NCBI GenBank assembly: GCA_048939625.1
Contig: JBHLPH010000002.1
Span: 87,559 to 151,558, forward strand
Direction: 5' to 3'
DNA: 64,000 bases
From: Promethearchaeota archaeon
GTDB lineage: Archaea > Asgardarchaeota > Hermodarchaeia > Hermodarchaeales > Hermodarchaeaceae
Position 1 is the stretch's first letter; each line of letters starts with the position of its first letter. Below the pieces are notes generated by a model, which saw nothing but the letters and a program-made list of their open reading frames with translations, was not told the origin of the DNA and made no database searches. The translations under genes were made by a program, and so were the position numbers. Below, one piece after another: positions 9,199-20,300 of this stretch.

Positions 9199-9744
9199 CT
9201 ATTTGACCTTGAAAATGCAGGCTGGCGTTTTAGGCAATTTTTCGAGCTCTTTCTCAAGGTCTGTGATTTCTACTTTGGCCTTAGAATCAGTAGACCCATT
9301 GGCTTTCAGTTTCTTGAGCTTGTATTCAAGCTTCGCTCTCGTAACGTAAGCTAACCGAAGATTCGTTTCGACTTTCGCTTCCTTAGCTCCTAATGCATCC
9401 TTTATACCGGTTAAGTAGGGGGCACAAATAAAGTCCTCACAGCGCAGGGCATATTCCAGTTGGCCAGCGAGAATCCGATCCCAAATCGGACAAGTGGTTA
9501 CCCTGATAGTGTGATTGTTGACATCCACTGTTCTTCCAAACATGGAATGGGCCGCTTCTGCAGTTTTAATGATGTCGAGACCTTCAGTCTTTCCTATTTC
9601 GCCGACTTTCTTTCCAGCAGCTTGCCAAGAGTTTTGGAGACTTTCAATCATGGAGAGAGCACCGACGCGGTCGCGCATACTCCACCAGAGTTCATCCATC
9701 CAAGTGACAATGAATTCCTGTAACGTTTTGAACTGATCCATCAT
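9199..9744 (-). CDS. Hypothetical protein with a V4R/H-NOX-like Cys pattern and a coiled-coil insert
   Basis: TTCPIW...RCEDFIC...ACIFKV. ATG at 9744 follows GAGGAG, which removes the overlap with the upstream gene. Confidence 0.6.
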   Translation of the reverse strand: MMDQFKTLQEFIVTWMDELWWSMRDRVGALSMIESLQNSWQAAGKKVGEIGKTEGLDIIKTAEAAHSMFGRTVDVNNHTIRVTTCPIWDRILAGQLEYALRCEDFICAPYLTGIKDALGAKEAKVETNLRLAYVTRAKLEYKLKKLKANGSTDSKAKVEITDLEKELEKLPKTPACIFKVK

Positions 9745-9758
9745 TTGTTTCTCCTCGT

Positions 9759-10526
9759 TTATTTTGCAGCTTTCTTGTTGGGTTGCCAGTTTTGTCCCCA
9801 TTTATCAACATAGGTTATTTCTTCGGGAGTTTGACGGGGTGGGCCACGAGTTCGTGGGAATTTGGGATAACCTATAGCTAGACACATGATTGGCGTCCAA
9901 TGAGGTTGTGGGATATCGAGTAATTCGGAAATCTCTCGGATATCATCATAATGGTCCAGCTGGACACTTGATACACAAGCTCCAAGACCTAAAGCGGAAG
10001 CTGCCAACCAACAGTTCTGCAAAAACATACTACCCGCGATAATAGAATGGCGTAAGCTACTCCACCCGTAGACACCTCCAGTTCCTCGTAAAGTGGGTTG
10101 AGAATTACCCACATGGGTTGATTCAACGACTAACACCAGAAGAATGGGGGCTCCATCCGTTTCTGGTTCTCCTTTGATGTATTCAAAGCGCCTTCCAGTA
10201 ATGAGCCAATCAATAGTTCGTTCACGACTTGGTAAAGCTTTGACATATCCTAGACGCCGTTCAATCTCCTGACGCGGTGTGATACGGCCAAAGAGTTCGA
10301 TGGTTCGGATGACGGCTAATTCGCCGATGCGGCGCTGCTTGTCGGGATCCCGAACAATAATCACACGCCAGGGTTGTTGGTTTTCCGCGCTAGGCGCATA
10401 ACCACCTGCTTCGATGATTTTGTAGAGGAGTTCATCACTCACCGGTTTGTTTGTGTTAAAGTCCCGGATTGCGTGACGTTCCTTAATCAGATTTAACATC
10501 AATTCGCTGTCATCAGGCTTCGTCAT
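9759..10526 (-). CDS. Nitroreductase-family flavoprotein
   Basis: IKERHAIRDF, APSAENQQPW, QNCWLAASALGLGAC, AIGYP; ATG at 10526 preferred. Confidence 0.9.
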   Translation of the reverse strand: MTKPDDSELMLNLIKERHAIRDFNTNKPVSDELLYKIIEAGGYAPSAENQQPWRVIIVRDPDKQRRIGELAVIRTIELFGRITPRQEIERRLGYVKALPSRERTIDWLITGRRFEYIKGEPETDGAPILLVLVVESTHVGNSQPTLRGTGGVYGWSSLRHSIIAGSMFLQNCWLAASALGLGACVSSVQLDHYDDIREISELLDIPQPHWTPIMCLAIGYPKFPRTRGPPRQTPEEITYVDKWGQNWQPNKKAAK

Positions 10527-10649
10527 GCGTATGCCACCGTATAGCAACTTGTCCTAGGCAACATACGCAGGAATCCCACCTAATAGTATTACCGGTTACA
10601 CCTTGAAAGACAAATCGAAATCGTGTCGAATGGCGCTTAGGGTTTGTTT

Positions 10650-13600
10650 CTATTGCTTTTCGCCATCGATGACGAAGTCTTTCTTACCTTTAATCCGCTT
10701 CCCTTTGGGAGCATCGTCATCTCGTTTTTCTCGGAGGGTTTTAAGCACTTTTTGACGTTCGTCTTCTGTCAAATCCTTGATCTCTTCCATCAGTTTTTCT
10801 CGTTCTTCTTTGGTGAGGGAGGGGAGTTCAGCGGGACCAAGTGGTTCAGGTGCTTGTACGGTTTGGGGAGCGTGGGACATTGCCAGGGTCTCAAAGATTT
10901 CATTCCAGTCTTCCTTAGGCAATTTCCGCAGTTGTGCAGCGATTCGGGTTTTCTCAATATCACTGAGAGCAGGGAATAAGGCAAGCCGTGCTCGGAGGAG
11001 GGTTTCAAGGTCTTCGTCGAGTTCAGGTTCCTTGATCTTTCGGTCGAAGCGTGTGCCATCGGCCATTTGTTTCCTCAAGTCTTCAACGAACCAGACGCGC
11101 TCAGAGGGCGCGATTAGCTTCATTTGCTGAAAGAGTTCCAGTTTTTGCTCATATTCGATGAAGGGCAGTGCTTTGAGTTGGGCCCAGATGGCATCCTCTT
11201 CGGCTTCGCGTTCACTCCAATCGATTTCAGCAGGAATGACAACTGATGCGCCTCCTAACCCAACAGTTCGATAGGCCGTTTCTACAATTTCTTGCATGAT
11301 ATCGGGTCGACTAGAGATACGACCAATTTCGCCTTTGGAGAGTGACGGTGTTTGCCCTTTACTGATTGTACGAGCCATTTTCCGCATCTTTCGCACCACC
11401 CAAGGAATCGAGTAAACTCGTACATAAGCCAACCAAGTCACCAAGATTATAATGCCCAAAACAGCAATGATTGCCCCGATATTGATGACGTTTTGTACGA
11501 CTGGATTAGTCTCTGCAAAAAAGGTGATAGGTTCATCATTGATAGTAAATCGATCATCGACTTCAACATGGACTACGAACTCATGTCTTCCTGGTTGAGG
11601 GATACTAAAGAAGATTGAGTAGTTTCCATTATTGTGATTCTCAAATGGTAAGTTGAAAATACGTAGTGATTCACATGAGAGGGATACATTTGCATGTGTA
11701 ACCGGTAATTGGTGAAAGCTATCCGAAATATACAGGACTAACCGGAAGAGTGCCCCTGCCGTAACGCTCGTTACTCCTTCTAAAATTGTAATTTCTGTTT
11801 GGAATTTGGTGACAATTAATTCGAATGTGGAGGAACGTCTGGTCTCATAATTTTGTTTACTCATGGTAATCGTGAGTTGATAAGAAGCGGGAGTAACACC
11901 CGTCAGGTCAATCGAAGCAACATAGAAGCCGTCAATATACTCGAGTGGGCCTGTGCCGAAGCCCCAGTTATATACTCCGGTTGCGTTGGGGATACTCAAT
12001 CCGTTTTTGTCAGTGTAGTTAAAATATAACACCAGAGTATCACCCCATGGGATTTCCCAGGGTGTTGTGTTTAGGGTGCGAGTGGTGGTTTGGTAGTGGG
12101 CTTCAGCCTGCATTAAAACAAGATCGGTGCTTTGACGGCGAATATTCACTGTTACGATGGCAATACGGTATTCGTAGCTGGGGTGATCAGCGGTTAATGT
12201 GAGGGCATAGAAAGAGTCAGCAGGATAAAAAGTGCTTGAAAGCGTAATAGTATACCAGCCTAATGAACCATTAGGTAGAAGGGAGCCAGTTTGCTCAGCC
12301 CAATTAAAGGTAATATTAGCACTGGATATTGGTGAACCAGAGATATTATAGAAGTATGCATTCACGGTAAAGTCATCGCCCCAATCGACGTTAACTACGG
12401 GGGCTTCGGGATCAAGACTACATGGAATTAGAGATAGATGCACGGTGACTTGAATCCATTGAGTTTGCATGGTGGCTTTGCTTGCGCTGATGTAAAGCGT
12501 GTATGAGCCTACACCCATACCAGTTGAGCTAATGGTGGCGTTGTAGACGCCTTGAGTTTCGTCAATGAAAACACCATTGTGGGGGCCAAAACTGTATGTG
12601 ACCGTAGCGCCTTCAATGGGTTGACCATTTGTGGTGGTGAAGTTGACAAGGAAGGTAAAACTGGTATTAGCGATTGTAGTTACAGGGAACGGCGTTATTT
12701 GTTCTAGTTGAGTTGTGGTTTCTTGGATGATTAGTGCGATGGATGCTGATCCGATTCGATAGTTCGGGGGATTGGTGGCGATGATGGTGACAATCCAGCT
12801 CCCAGGTTCTGCGTCGGCAAGGAATGTAGCAGTCCATATTCCGTTCCCGAGGAAGGTCATAGTGACGTTGGGTCGACCAGCCCAAGCGTAGACTGCTGTT
12901 CCAGTATTTATGGGTCGTCCTAAATGATCAGTGACGTTGACCGTTAGGATTTGCATATCGTTATACCAAGTGATATTTTGTCCACTTAATGGACTGATAA
13001 TGTCGATGAGGATAGGGATTGGGTCAAGAGTTAGGAGAATCGTAATGGTTCTTTCCGCAAAATGAGGACTTAGATGGGAATCACTCAGAGTGATTTGGAC
13101 CGCGTGTTGACCTATTACTCGATTGGTAGTGTTTAAGACGAGGAGGTAGGTGCCGTTACCGTAATCATAGAAGGTGTAGAATCCGATATCCCAATCAGTT
13201 GTGGTTGTGGCATAGGGAATGTAGGTGCCTCCATGGTCTAAATCTTGATAGGTGAGGCGTATGGTGAGATTGTCTCCCCAAGGCCAAGAAGCGACATAGG
13301 AGGGAAGGGCGGAGAGGCTAGTTTGGATTTCTCGAATTACAAAACTTTGGATGTTGAATCCATTGGCGTAATGACTTTTGATTGCATATATTTGGATGGT
13401 ATAGCTACCTTCGATGCTATTGTCAGTGTAGATGGTTAGATAATAGGCATTATCAGTTGCATTATGGTAGACGTCCCAATAAGAAGCGTTCCAGTTACAT
13501 GAGATGCTCGCACTGGATATTTGGAGTTCATTTTCGGTATCATTGTAATGGATGATTATGGTAAGCGGTTCACCCCAGGGAATTGAAGTGGTGGTCTGTC

Positions 13601-16600
13601 CCATTACCTTAGCGTCGACGATGAAGAGAGTCGTTTGGATATCACGTACTTGAAATGTAACATCAATTTGGTCTGAATCATAGTGTGTTTTGGATAAAGT
13701 GAAGGACACAGTGAAACCTTGGGTGCCTGCGGTCACTTTGGAGGTATTTAGAATGAACGTGTATGTACCATCGCCATTATCACTGAGCCAATAATCTATT
13801 CCAGGTAGGTTATCCATCCAAGAAAAGGTTATCACAGCACCTGAGATGCCAATATACCCATTATCACTGTCATTATACTTGAGCGTGATGACAACAGCAG
13901 TTCCCCAAGGAACTGAAGGATTTTCTGTTGAAGCCCAAGTAGCTGTATGGATTGAACGTACAGTGAGTTCATAATATTTTGAGTTGATTACGTAATTACT
14001 CTCATTAAACAAGACGGTGACATAATAGATAGTTTCTGAGACATCTCCTTGGAAAGTAACAGTGTAGGTTCCATCACCATTGTTAGCAATCGAATACTTT
14101 CCGCTAATGTACCCAGAAACGGTTACCGTAGCCCCTGTGATCGGAACAGATGTTGAGACCACGTCAGTATAATTGAACATAACTGAAAGGTCACCACCAT
14201 ACGGAAATTGGGCAGTGGTTGGAGAGTATGAACTTGTAAGTTGGGTGGCGCGTGCATCAATATTAACTTGAATTCGAATTGTTTGGGCTGCATGATCCGT
14301 AAAAGTGGCAGTCACATAAAGGTCAATTACACCAACGGAAAAAGCGTGCGTATCAAACGTGTATAAATAATATCCACTTCCAAGGTCAGTCAAGGGATAT
14401 GATGAAGTATCGATGAGAATGTTGACAGTAGCAGATGCAATACCATGATGAGGTAAGGCGCTGATATTCTCATAATAGACATTGATATTGAAAGTTTCAT
14501 CCCAAAATACATGGACCTGATAACTATCGGTTACGTTGTTGTATTCAGTCCATCCATCTCCAGTCCCAGTGGGAGGGTAGGTGATTGAGGTTCGAACTGC
14601 ATCAAGATCGGTAGCCCAAGATACGACATTGATGATGATTGTGAAATTTTGTTGTTCAAATTCCCAAGAGGTTCCAATAATTCGCATGGTAACCTCATAT
14701 TTGACTCGATGAACGTCACCAAAAGAGGGATCTTCTTTATAGAAAACACGAGTTGTAGCGTTTTGGCTGAAGCTCCCCGAGGCTAGGGAACTTCCAAAAC
14801 CCGAGCCAGTGTCTTCATAATAGTCGTACTGAACCAAAACTGTTGGCCATAAAGAGGTCTTATTCAAGACATATGCTGATTGGAAGGGATCATAGAATTT
14901 AACCAAACTTGTGTAACCTTGGGATTTGGAAGTTTCAGCTGTAAATTCATCAGGGCCTGTTTGTTGGGTCGGTTTGATCATGGCATAGTTGATATTATTA
15001 ACGAGATTAATTGTGAAATCGACTTGGGATCCTTCATCAGAGCTTGCGTTAACGTATCCGTATCGGTATAGTTCGACAGAGAAAGTTGCTGTCATGCTTG
15101 GTTGCATAAGACTAGTGGAAAATTCAGTGGAGTAGCCTCCCAGCCCATCCGCTGTCATACCTACGGTTTGTAATTGCATATTCCGGTCATAATAGCGAAT
15201 TCTGGCACTGGCATCTCTGATGTATTCGCTCGTGTCGAGATTCTGCCATTTTACTTCGACTGTCACAGTGGAGCCAGAGATTACTCGTGTACCATCTGAT
15301 GGAGTCACTTTGGTAGCAGTGGTCTCGATGGCAACGGTTATGAACTTTTCTCGCATTCCACATTGACTTGACGAGTTATAGGATACAGTGATAAGCCAGC
15401 CACTTCCCGCTGCTGAAGCATTTATTGTTGGAATCAACCATATTTGACTAACCAAAGTGCCATTAGAATAAATGGTGGGATTGGTATCAGTTTGCCATAA
15501 CGAGCTGTTTGGAAAGAAAATAGAGACTTCACCATCATTATCAATTGGATCCCAAGCTTGTAGTTCCGCCACAACACGGATATAATCACCTTTCACGAAG
15601 TAATCGTCCGTTGATTGCGTGGTCCAGCCCCCAATCCCTGTGGCGCTAATTTGAGGAGATATGCTTTCAATATAGTTCGTGCTGGAGGCAAAAATCGAGA
15701 AATCCTCATTCGGCCCAGGAACATCCTCATCGATTTTAATGAATCGGCTTGAAGTGTTAAACTGATAATCGGAGATAGCGTCTCCTGTGTCATTTTCAAC
15801 AGAGCTCAGAGCCCAACCAGGTTTTAAAAATAATCCAAATGTGTAGCCTAAATGACCTGAAGGTGGAAGAGAACTGGGTGTAGTGTAACTAACCTCCCAT
15901 ATTGGACTCGCATTGACAGGTGCAGTGAAATGAGTTGATGCAGCATCAAGTTTCTCAGTTTTTACATACATTGAGTAATGATAATGGAAGTTCAGGTTAT
16001 ATGGGGAGTTGAATTGAAAGACTTGTGTTGTTGACCAGCAATTTGTAAGTAAAGCTTCATCTTTATTTGCTGGGTCAGCGTGAACTTCGACTTCGCCCTT
16101 ATTATTGCCAGTATTAACGAAAGCCGTATTGTTCAAGGTTAGAGCCACTTCAGTTGGACTCCGCTGGGTTAGAATTCGATAACGGAAGTTGTCGAAATAG
16201 ACATGACCAGTAAGCCAATTGGTTTTTCCCCCAGAATAAATAATGGAGATCCGAAGCTTGGCTGACCCGTTGATGGGTGCTGTACTAAAACTTAGATGGT
16301 CCCAATTTGTTGGCGCATAGATGTCAGTGGTTTCTGACCACCCTCCAATTTCAGTTGTATGATAGATGAGGGCTACTCTAATTTGTAGTTCTTTTTTATG
16401 AGTTATAGTAGGTGAGTATTTGATGTCAAATTCGAGGGTTGAGTTGTAAGGTTGTTTATCTGAAGAGTAGGTGAACGTGTTGTCAAAGCGGGCTTCGGCG
16501 GCATTATCTTCCCATCTATCATCAATATTTATATCTAGACAAGGGGCAGGATTGCCTTCGAAAATAGTTGTACCCCAGTGTTCAACAATACCACGAGTAT

Positions 16601-16961
16601 TGAGTTCTTCGGTCCAAGTGGTTCCTGGTTCAAATTGGTTGAACTCTCCGTTCGGTACCGGATTGTGGATTTCAAAGAGATTAGTGACCTCAGCATGAAG
16701 TTGATAGCCACGATAAACTGTTGGGGTTTGTGGAAACCAGCTACCAAGATAGCTAAATGCAGTATCATTGAGACCGTTCTGAAAGGTGAGGCTGCTTTCG
16801 TTTTTTGCAAACTCGTAAACATCGATTAATCCACCAACGCCCTCATAAGGAGAGTTTGGTGCTGCGGCTCCCAGTGGATTTGTAGTTAATCCGGATGGTG
16901 AGAGAATGATAACAGCGAAGAGTGCTACGATGGTAACCAGTCCTATCTTTAATCGGCTCAT
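10650..16961 (-). CDS. Giant type I membrane surface protein, array member 1 (~2100 aa): CBM-like head, ~12 Ig-like repeats, TM helix, conserved tail with 3 helical modules
   Basis: Signal-peptide-like MSRLKIGLVTIVALFAVIILS after GAGGTG SD. NGEFN...YFDNF jelly-roll signature. ~100-aa repeats with GxGxY hairpins, many NxS/T sequons, hydrophobic helix followed by IPWVVRKMRKM. Confidence 0.88.
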   Translation of the reverse strand: MSRLKIGLVTIVALFAVIILSPSGLTTNPLGAAAPNSPYEGVGGLIDVYEFAKNESSLTFQNGLNDTAFSYLGSWFPQTPTVYRGYQLHAEVTNLFEIHNPVPNGEFNQFEPGTTWTEELNTRGIVEHWGTTIFEGNPAPCLDINIDDRWEDNAAEARFDNTFTYSSDKQPYNSTLEFDIKYSPTITHKKELQIRVALIYHTTEIGGWSETTDIYAPTNWDHLSFSTAPINGSAKLRISIIYSGGKTNWLTGHVYFDNFRYRILTQRSPTEVALTLNNTAFVNTGNNKGEVEVHADPANKDEALLTNCWSTTQVFQFNSPYNLNFHYHYSMYVKTEKLDAASTHFTAPVNASPIWEVSYTTPSSLPPSGHLGYTFGLFLKPGWALSSVENDTGDAISDYQFNTSSRFIKIDEDVPGPNEDFSIFASSTNYIESISPQISATGIGGWTTQSTDDYFVKGDYIRVVAELQAWDPIDNDGEVSIFFPNSSLWQTDTNPTIYSNGTLVSQIWLIPTINASAAGSGWLITVSYNSSSQCGMREKFITVAIETTATKVTPSDGTRVISGSTVTVEVKWQNLDTSEYIRDASARIRYYDRNMQLQTVGMTADGLGGYSTEFSTSLMQPSMTATFSVELYRYGYVNASSDEGSQVDFTINLVNNINYAMIKPTQQTGPDEFTAETSKSQGYTSLVKFYDPFQSAYVLNKTSLWPTVLVQYDYYEDTGSGFGSSLASGSFSQNATTRVFYKEDPSFGDVHRVKYEVTMRIIGTSWEFEQQNFTIIINVVSWATDLDAVRTSITYPPTGTGDGWTEYNNVTDSYQVHVFWDETFNINVYYENISALPHHGIASATVNILIDTSSYPLTDLGSGYYLYTFDTHAFSVGVIDLYVTATFTDHAAQTIRIQVNIDARATQLTSSYSPTTAQFPYGGDLSVMFNYTDVVSTSVPITGATVTVSGYISGKYSIANNGDGTYTVTFQGDVSETIYYVTVLFNESNYVINSKYYELTVRSIHTATWASTENPSVPWGTAVVITLKYNDSDNGYIGISGAVITFSWMDNLPGIDYWLSDNGDGTYTFILNTSKVTAGTQGFTVSFTLSKTHYDSDQIDVTFQVRDIQTTLFIVDAKVMGQTTTSIPWGEPLTIIIHYNDTENELQISSASISCNWNASYWDVYHNATDNAYYLTIYTDNSIEGSYTIQIYAIKSHYANGFNIQSFVIREIQTSLSALPSYVASWPWGDNLTIRLTYQDLDHGGTYIPYATTTTDWDIGFYTFYDYGNGTYLLVLNTTNRVIGQHAVQITLSDSHLSPHFAERTITILLTLDPIPILIDIISPLSGQNITWYNDMQILTVNVTDHLGRPINTGTAVYAWAGRPNVTMTFLGNGIWTATFLADAEPGSWIVTIIATNPPNYRIGSASIALIIQETTTQLEQITPFPVTTIANTSFTFLVNFTTTNGQPIEGATVTYSFGPHNGVFIDETQGVYNATISSTGMGVGSYTLYISASKATMQTQWIQVTVHLSLIPCSLDPEAPVVNVDWGDDFTVNAYFYNISGSPISSANITFNWAEQTGSLLPNGSLGWYTITLSSTFYPADSFYALTLTADHPSYEYRIAIVTVNIRRQSTDLVLMQAEAHYQTTTRTLNTTPWEIPWGDTLVLYFNYTDKNGLSIPNATGVYNWGFGTGPLEYIDGFYVASIDLTGVTPASYQLTITMSKQNYETRRSSTFELIVTKFQTEITILEGVTSVTAGALFRLVLYISDSFHQLPVTHANVSLSCESLRIFNLPFENHNNGNYSIFFSIPQPGRHEFVVHVEVDDRFTINDEPITFFAETNPVVQNVINIGAIIAVLGIIILVTWLAYVRVYSIPWVVRKMRKMARTISKGQTPSLSKGEIGRISSRPDIMQEIVETAYRTVGLGGASVVIPAEIDWSEREAEEDAIWAQLKALPFIEYEQKLELFQQMKLIAPSERVWFVEDLRKQMADGTRFDRKIKEPELDEDLETLLRARLALFPALSDIEKTRIAAQLRKLPKEDWNEIFETLAMSHAPQTVQAPEPLGPAELPSLTKEEREKLMEEIKDLTEDERQKVLKTLREKRDDDAPKGKRIKGKKDFVIDGEKQ

Positions 16962-17340
16962 GCACCACACCTCATCGAAGATATCCCAATCGGTCAAAAA
17001 GCAAAGCTAGTTGCCGATCAATAATATATGTTGCAAGGAACTTTATGAGTATTTTCTGAATTATTCATCTAGACAACATAGCGGACATACTATGATTTTG
17101 TTTTGCAGAGATAGTTTGTTTACATTCTACCTAAGTCTTTATTCTTCAGTAAAATCAGCAGTTATTAAGCCTCAGTCTTAAGGGGGAAGAGATGTCTGAA
17201 CCAAATCAGATCCGAACTGCTGCGTTGCCAGATTAAGAACCGGATACAGGTAATACAATTTAACACCAAATTAGAAGTGGTCTTGGGGTTGTTTTTGCAA
17301 TTATTTTCAACACTTATCTTAATCGAATTATCCATCGAAT

Positions 17341-20300
17341 TTATTGTTCATCGTCTGGCTCGTCAACTTGAAATCTTTTTTTGCCTTTCACGACTTTCCC
17401 TTCTGCAGTGTCCTTAGTTTTCTTCTCCCGAAATGTTTGTAGAACCTTGTGGCGTTCTTCCTCAGTGAGATCCTTCAATTCTTCGAGTAATTTGTGGCGT
17501 TCTTCCTCAGTTATTGTTGGTAATTCATCTGGTCGGAGTATTTCATCATCTGAGACAACCTGGGGCTTCTCAGCGATGGCTAGAGTGCTAAAGATTTCAC
17601 TCCATTCTTCTTGGGGGACGTTGCGAAGTTGTTTGGCAATCCGTTCTTTTTCGTTAGAACTTAATTGAGGGAATTGTTTCAACCGGTCTTGTATTTCCTT
17701 TTCTAGTTCGGGAGACAAAGTGGGTTCTTTGGCTTTGCGGGCAAATCTGGTGCCGTCGGCCATTTGTTGTTTCAGGTCTTCGATGAACCACACACGTTCT
17801 GAGGCTGGTATTCGTTTCATTTCCTGAAATAATTCGAGTTTCTGATCGTGTTCGATATAGGGTAATTTCTTTAATTCAGCCCAGATGGCTTCATCTTCAG
17901 CATATCGTTCCTCGTAATCTAAGACAGCGGGAAGCACAGTGGAAGGAATTGGAATTTGAATGGTCTCGTATGCGGGTTCGATAATTTGGGTCATTAATTC
18001 AGGTCGAGCGCCTATACGACCTACATCACCCTTTGAGAGTTTAGGCGTTTTGCCTTTACCAATGGTGCGGCTCATTTTTCGCATTTTCCGGACCAGCCAA
18101 GGGATGGCAAGAACTCGCGTGTATGCGAGCCAAAAAATGATTATGAGTATCCCTATTACTGCGGCAATGAGGCCGATTTGAATTGAGGTTTGAACCATTT
18201 GACTTAGTGTGACCACAACAACGATGTTTTCTGTTGAAGAGCTATATTGTAAACCGCCAAGGGCGTTTATTTCAATGTGGAGTGTGTCAGCAAGGAAAAG
18301 AGGTAGAACTGTGAATGAATAATATCCATTTCCGCTGTCAACCATGTATTGTCTATCAATACCAAGTTCTGGAATGGTCACTGTGAGATTGCCCCCAATT
18401 ATTGGTAGATTGTGGTAAGTATCATTATAGTAGACTACTAAACTCCAAGATGTACCAGTGTCCACTGTTCCAGGATCTGTGATAACTTGGATTTCGGTGG
18501 GAACACGGATAACGAATAAATCATAGCGAGGACTTTGCCCAGTTGCGTAGTTTTGTAAGGTCAATGTGACTTGGATTGAATAGGAGCCAGGAGCAGCTAG
18601 CGTTAGATTTAGGGTAGCGACATAGAAGCCATTTTCATATACAAGGAGGCCTATGCCGTAATCCCAACTGTAGGATCCTGTTGCACCATCTATTGTTGTG
18701 TTGGTTGCGTCTGTGAAGTTGAAGTATAACGTGAGAATTTCACCCCGAGGAACAATCCAAGTAATTCCTGTCAAATTTGTTACAATATCTTGTGGTGCGA
18801 AATAGGTTTGAATTAGTACTAGGTCCAGGGTCGTCGGTTGTGCACGAATAAAAATCTCAGCAGAGGTAATAGCAAAGTCATATCCTTCGTGATCAACGGT
18901 AAGAGTTACTTGCCAGTGTCCTTCGGTGTAGATTGTAGAAGGTAATAATGTGATGTACCATCCAGATGTTCCATTTGGTTGAAGTATTCCAATCAGCGTG
19001 CCCCAGATATACGTGATGTTTGCTCCATCAATGGGTAAATCATGATGGGTGTCTTTGAAGAATACTTGAATTGTGAAATTTGATCCATAATATACCTCCT
19101 GGATGCTCGGAAAAGCTTGGAGTTCTGTTGGAATTAGCATTAGTGTCACGCTTATGGTCGTTGTTCGTTCGATGGCATTTGGCCCTCCGGCTGTGACATA
19201 GATGATATATTGGGCTTTTGTTAAACCAGCGCTAGTTAGCGTGGCATTATAGATATTGTTCCCAACAAATAGGAGGAATCCCGTTCGGTTAGATGCCCAA
19301 AGGTATGTTACAGTGGCATCCACAATGCCTGTGCCATAAATTGTTGTGAAGTTAAGTGATATTTCGAAGCTTTCGCCTACAACGACTTGGATACTTGAGG
19401 TTATTGGGCTAAGAATAGTGTCAGTGGGTAGGATATTAAGCATGATGAATCCGGTACCGATTTGGTAGCCAGTTTTGTTTGCTTGAATAGTTACGACATA
19501 GGCTCCTGTATCTGCGGCGGCTCCAAAAGAGACGTTGTATACTCCAGCTCCGACAAATACCATAGTTCCATTTCCTCCTAGCCAATGGTATGAGGTCATA
19601 GAGTCATTCATTAGTCGTCCATACAGGTCTGTGACACGCGCTGTGATTACTACCAATTCAGTCGAGTTATAAGTAGTCGTAACTGGTGAGGAGGAAATAA
19701 CTTCAACAAATAGCGGAATGGGTACTAAGGTGAGAGAGACTATTATGGTTCGTTGTGCAAAGTGGTCTCGCCAGAGTGTAATATTAACGGAATGGGTTCC
19801 AACGCCTCGACAAGTAGTGTTAAGAATTAAATCGTAGGTACCATTTCCATAGTAGATAATAGCATAATAGCTGGCATTCCAGTCGGTGGCAACTTCAGCA
19901 AAGGGTACTTGTCCTCCATGGTCTGTATCATTGTAGTCGATGCGGATTGTTATATTGAAGCTTAAAGGCCAATTCGGGATATAATCAGGATCCGCTTCAA
20001 GAGTTGTTTGGATTTTCCGTATAACAAAATTTTCAATTATTGAAAAGTCTTGGTAGTGAGCCTTGCTGGCACTTATCGTGACTGTATAACTTCCTTCTAA
20101 TCGGCTTGCTGTTTGGATAATAAGCACATAAGCCTGTAGGGTAGTGTTATAGTAATAGCTCCAATAAAATTCGTCCCAATCACAGTCAATGCTGGCTCCA
20201 GGAATTGGAGAACCACTATCATCTAGATTAGAGTATGTAAAAACAATGACTAGGTTATCACCCCAGGGAACGGTGGTTCCTGGATCAAGGGATTGCCGCT

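Noticed and set aside
16998-17340. AT-rich ~340-bp gap between members 1 and 2 as ncRNA or mobile remnant
   Set aside because: No convincing repeat, stem or ORF; most simply terminator/promoter sequence.
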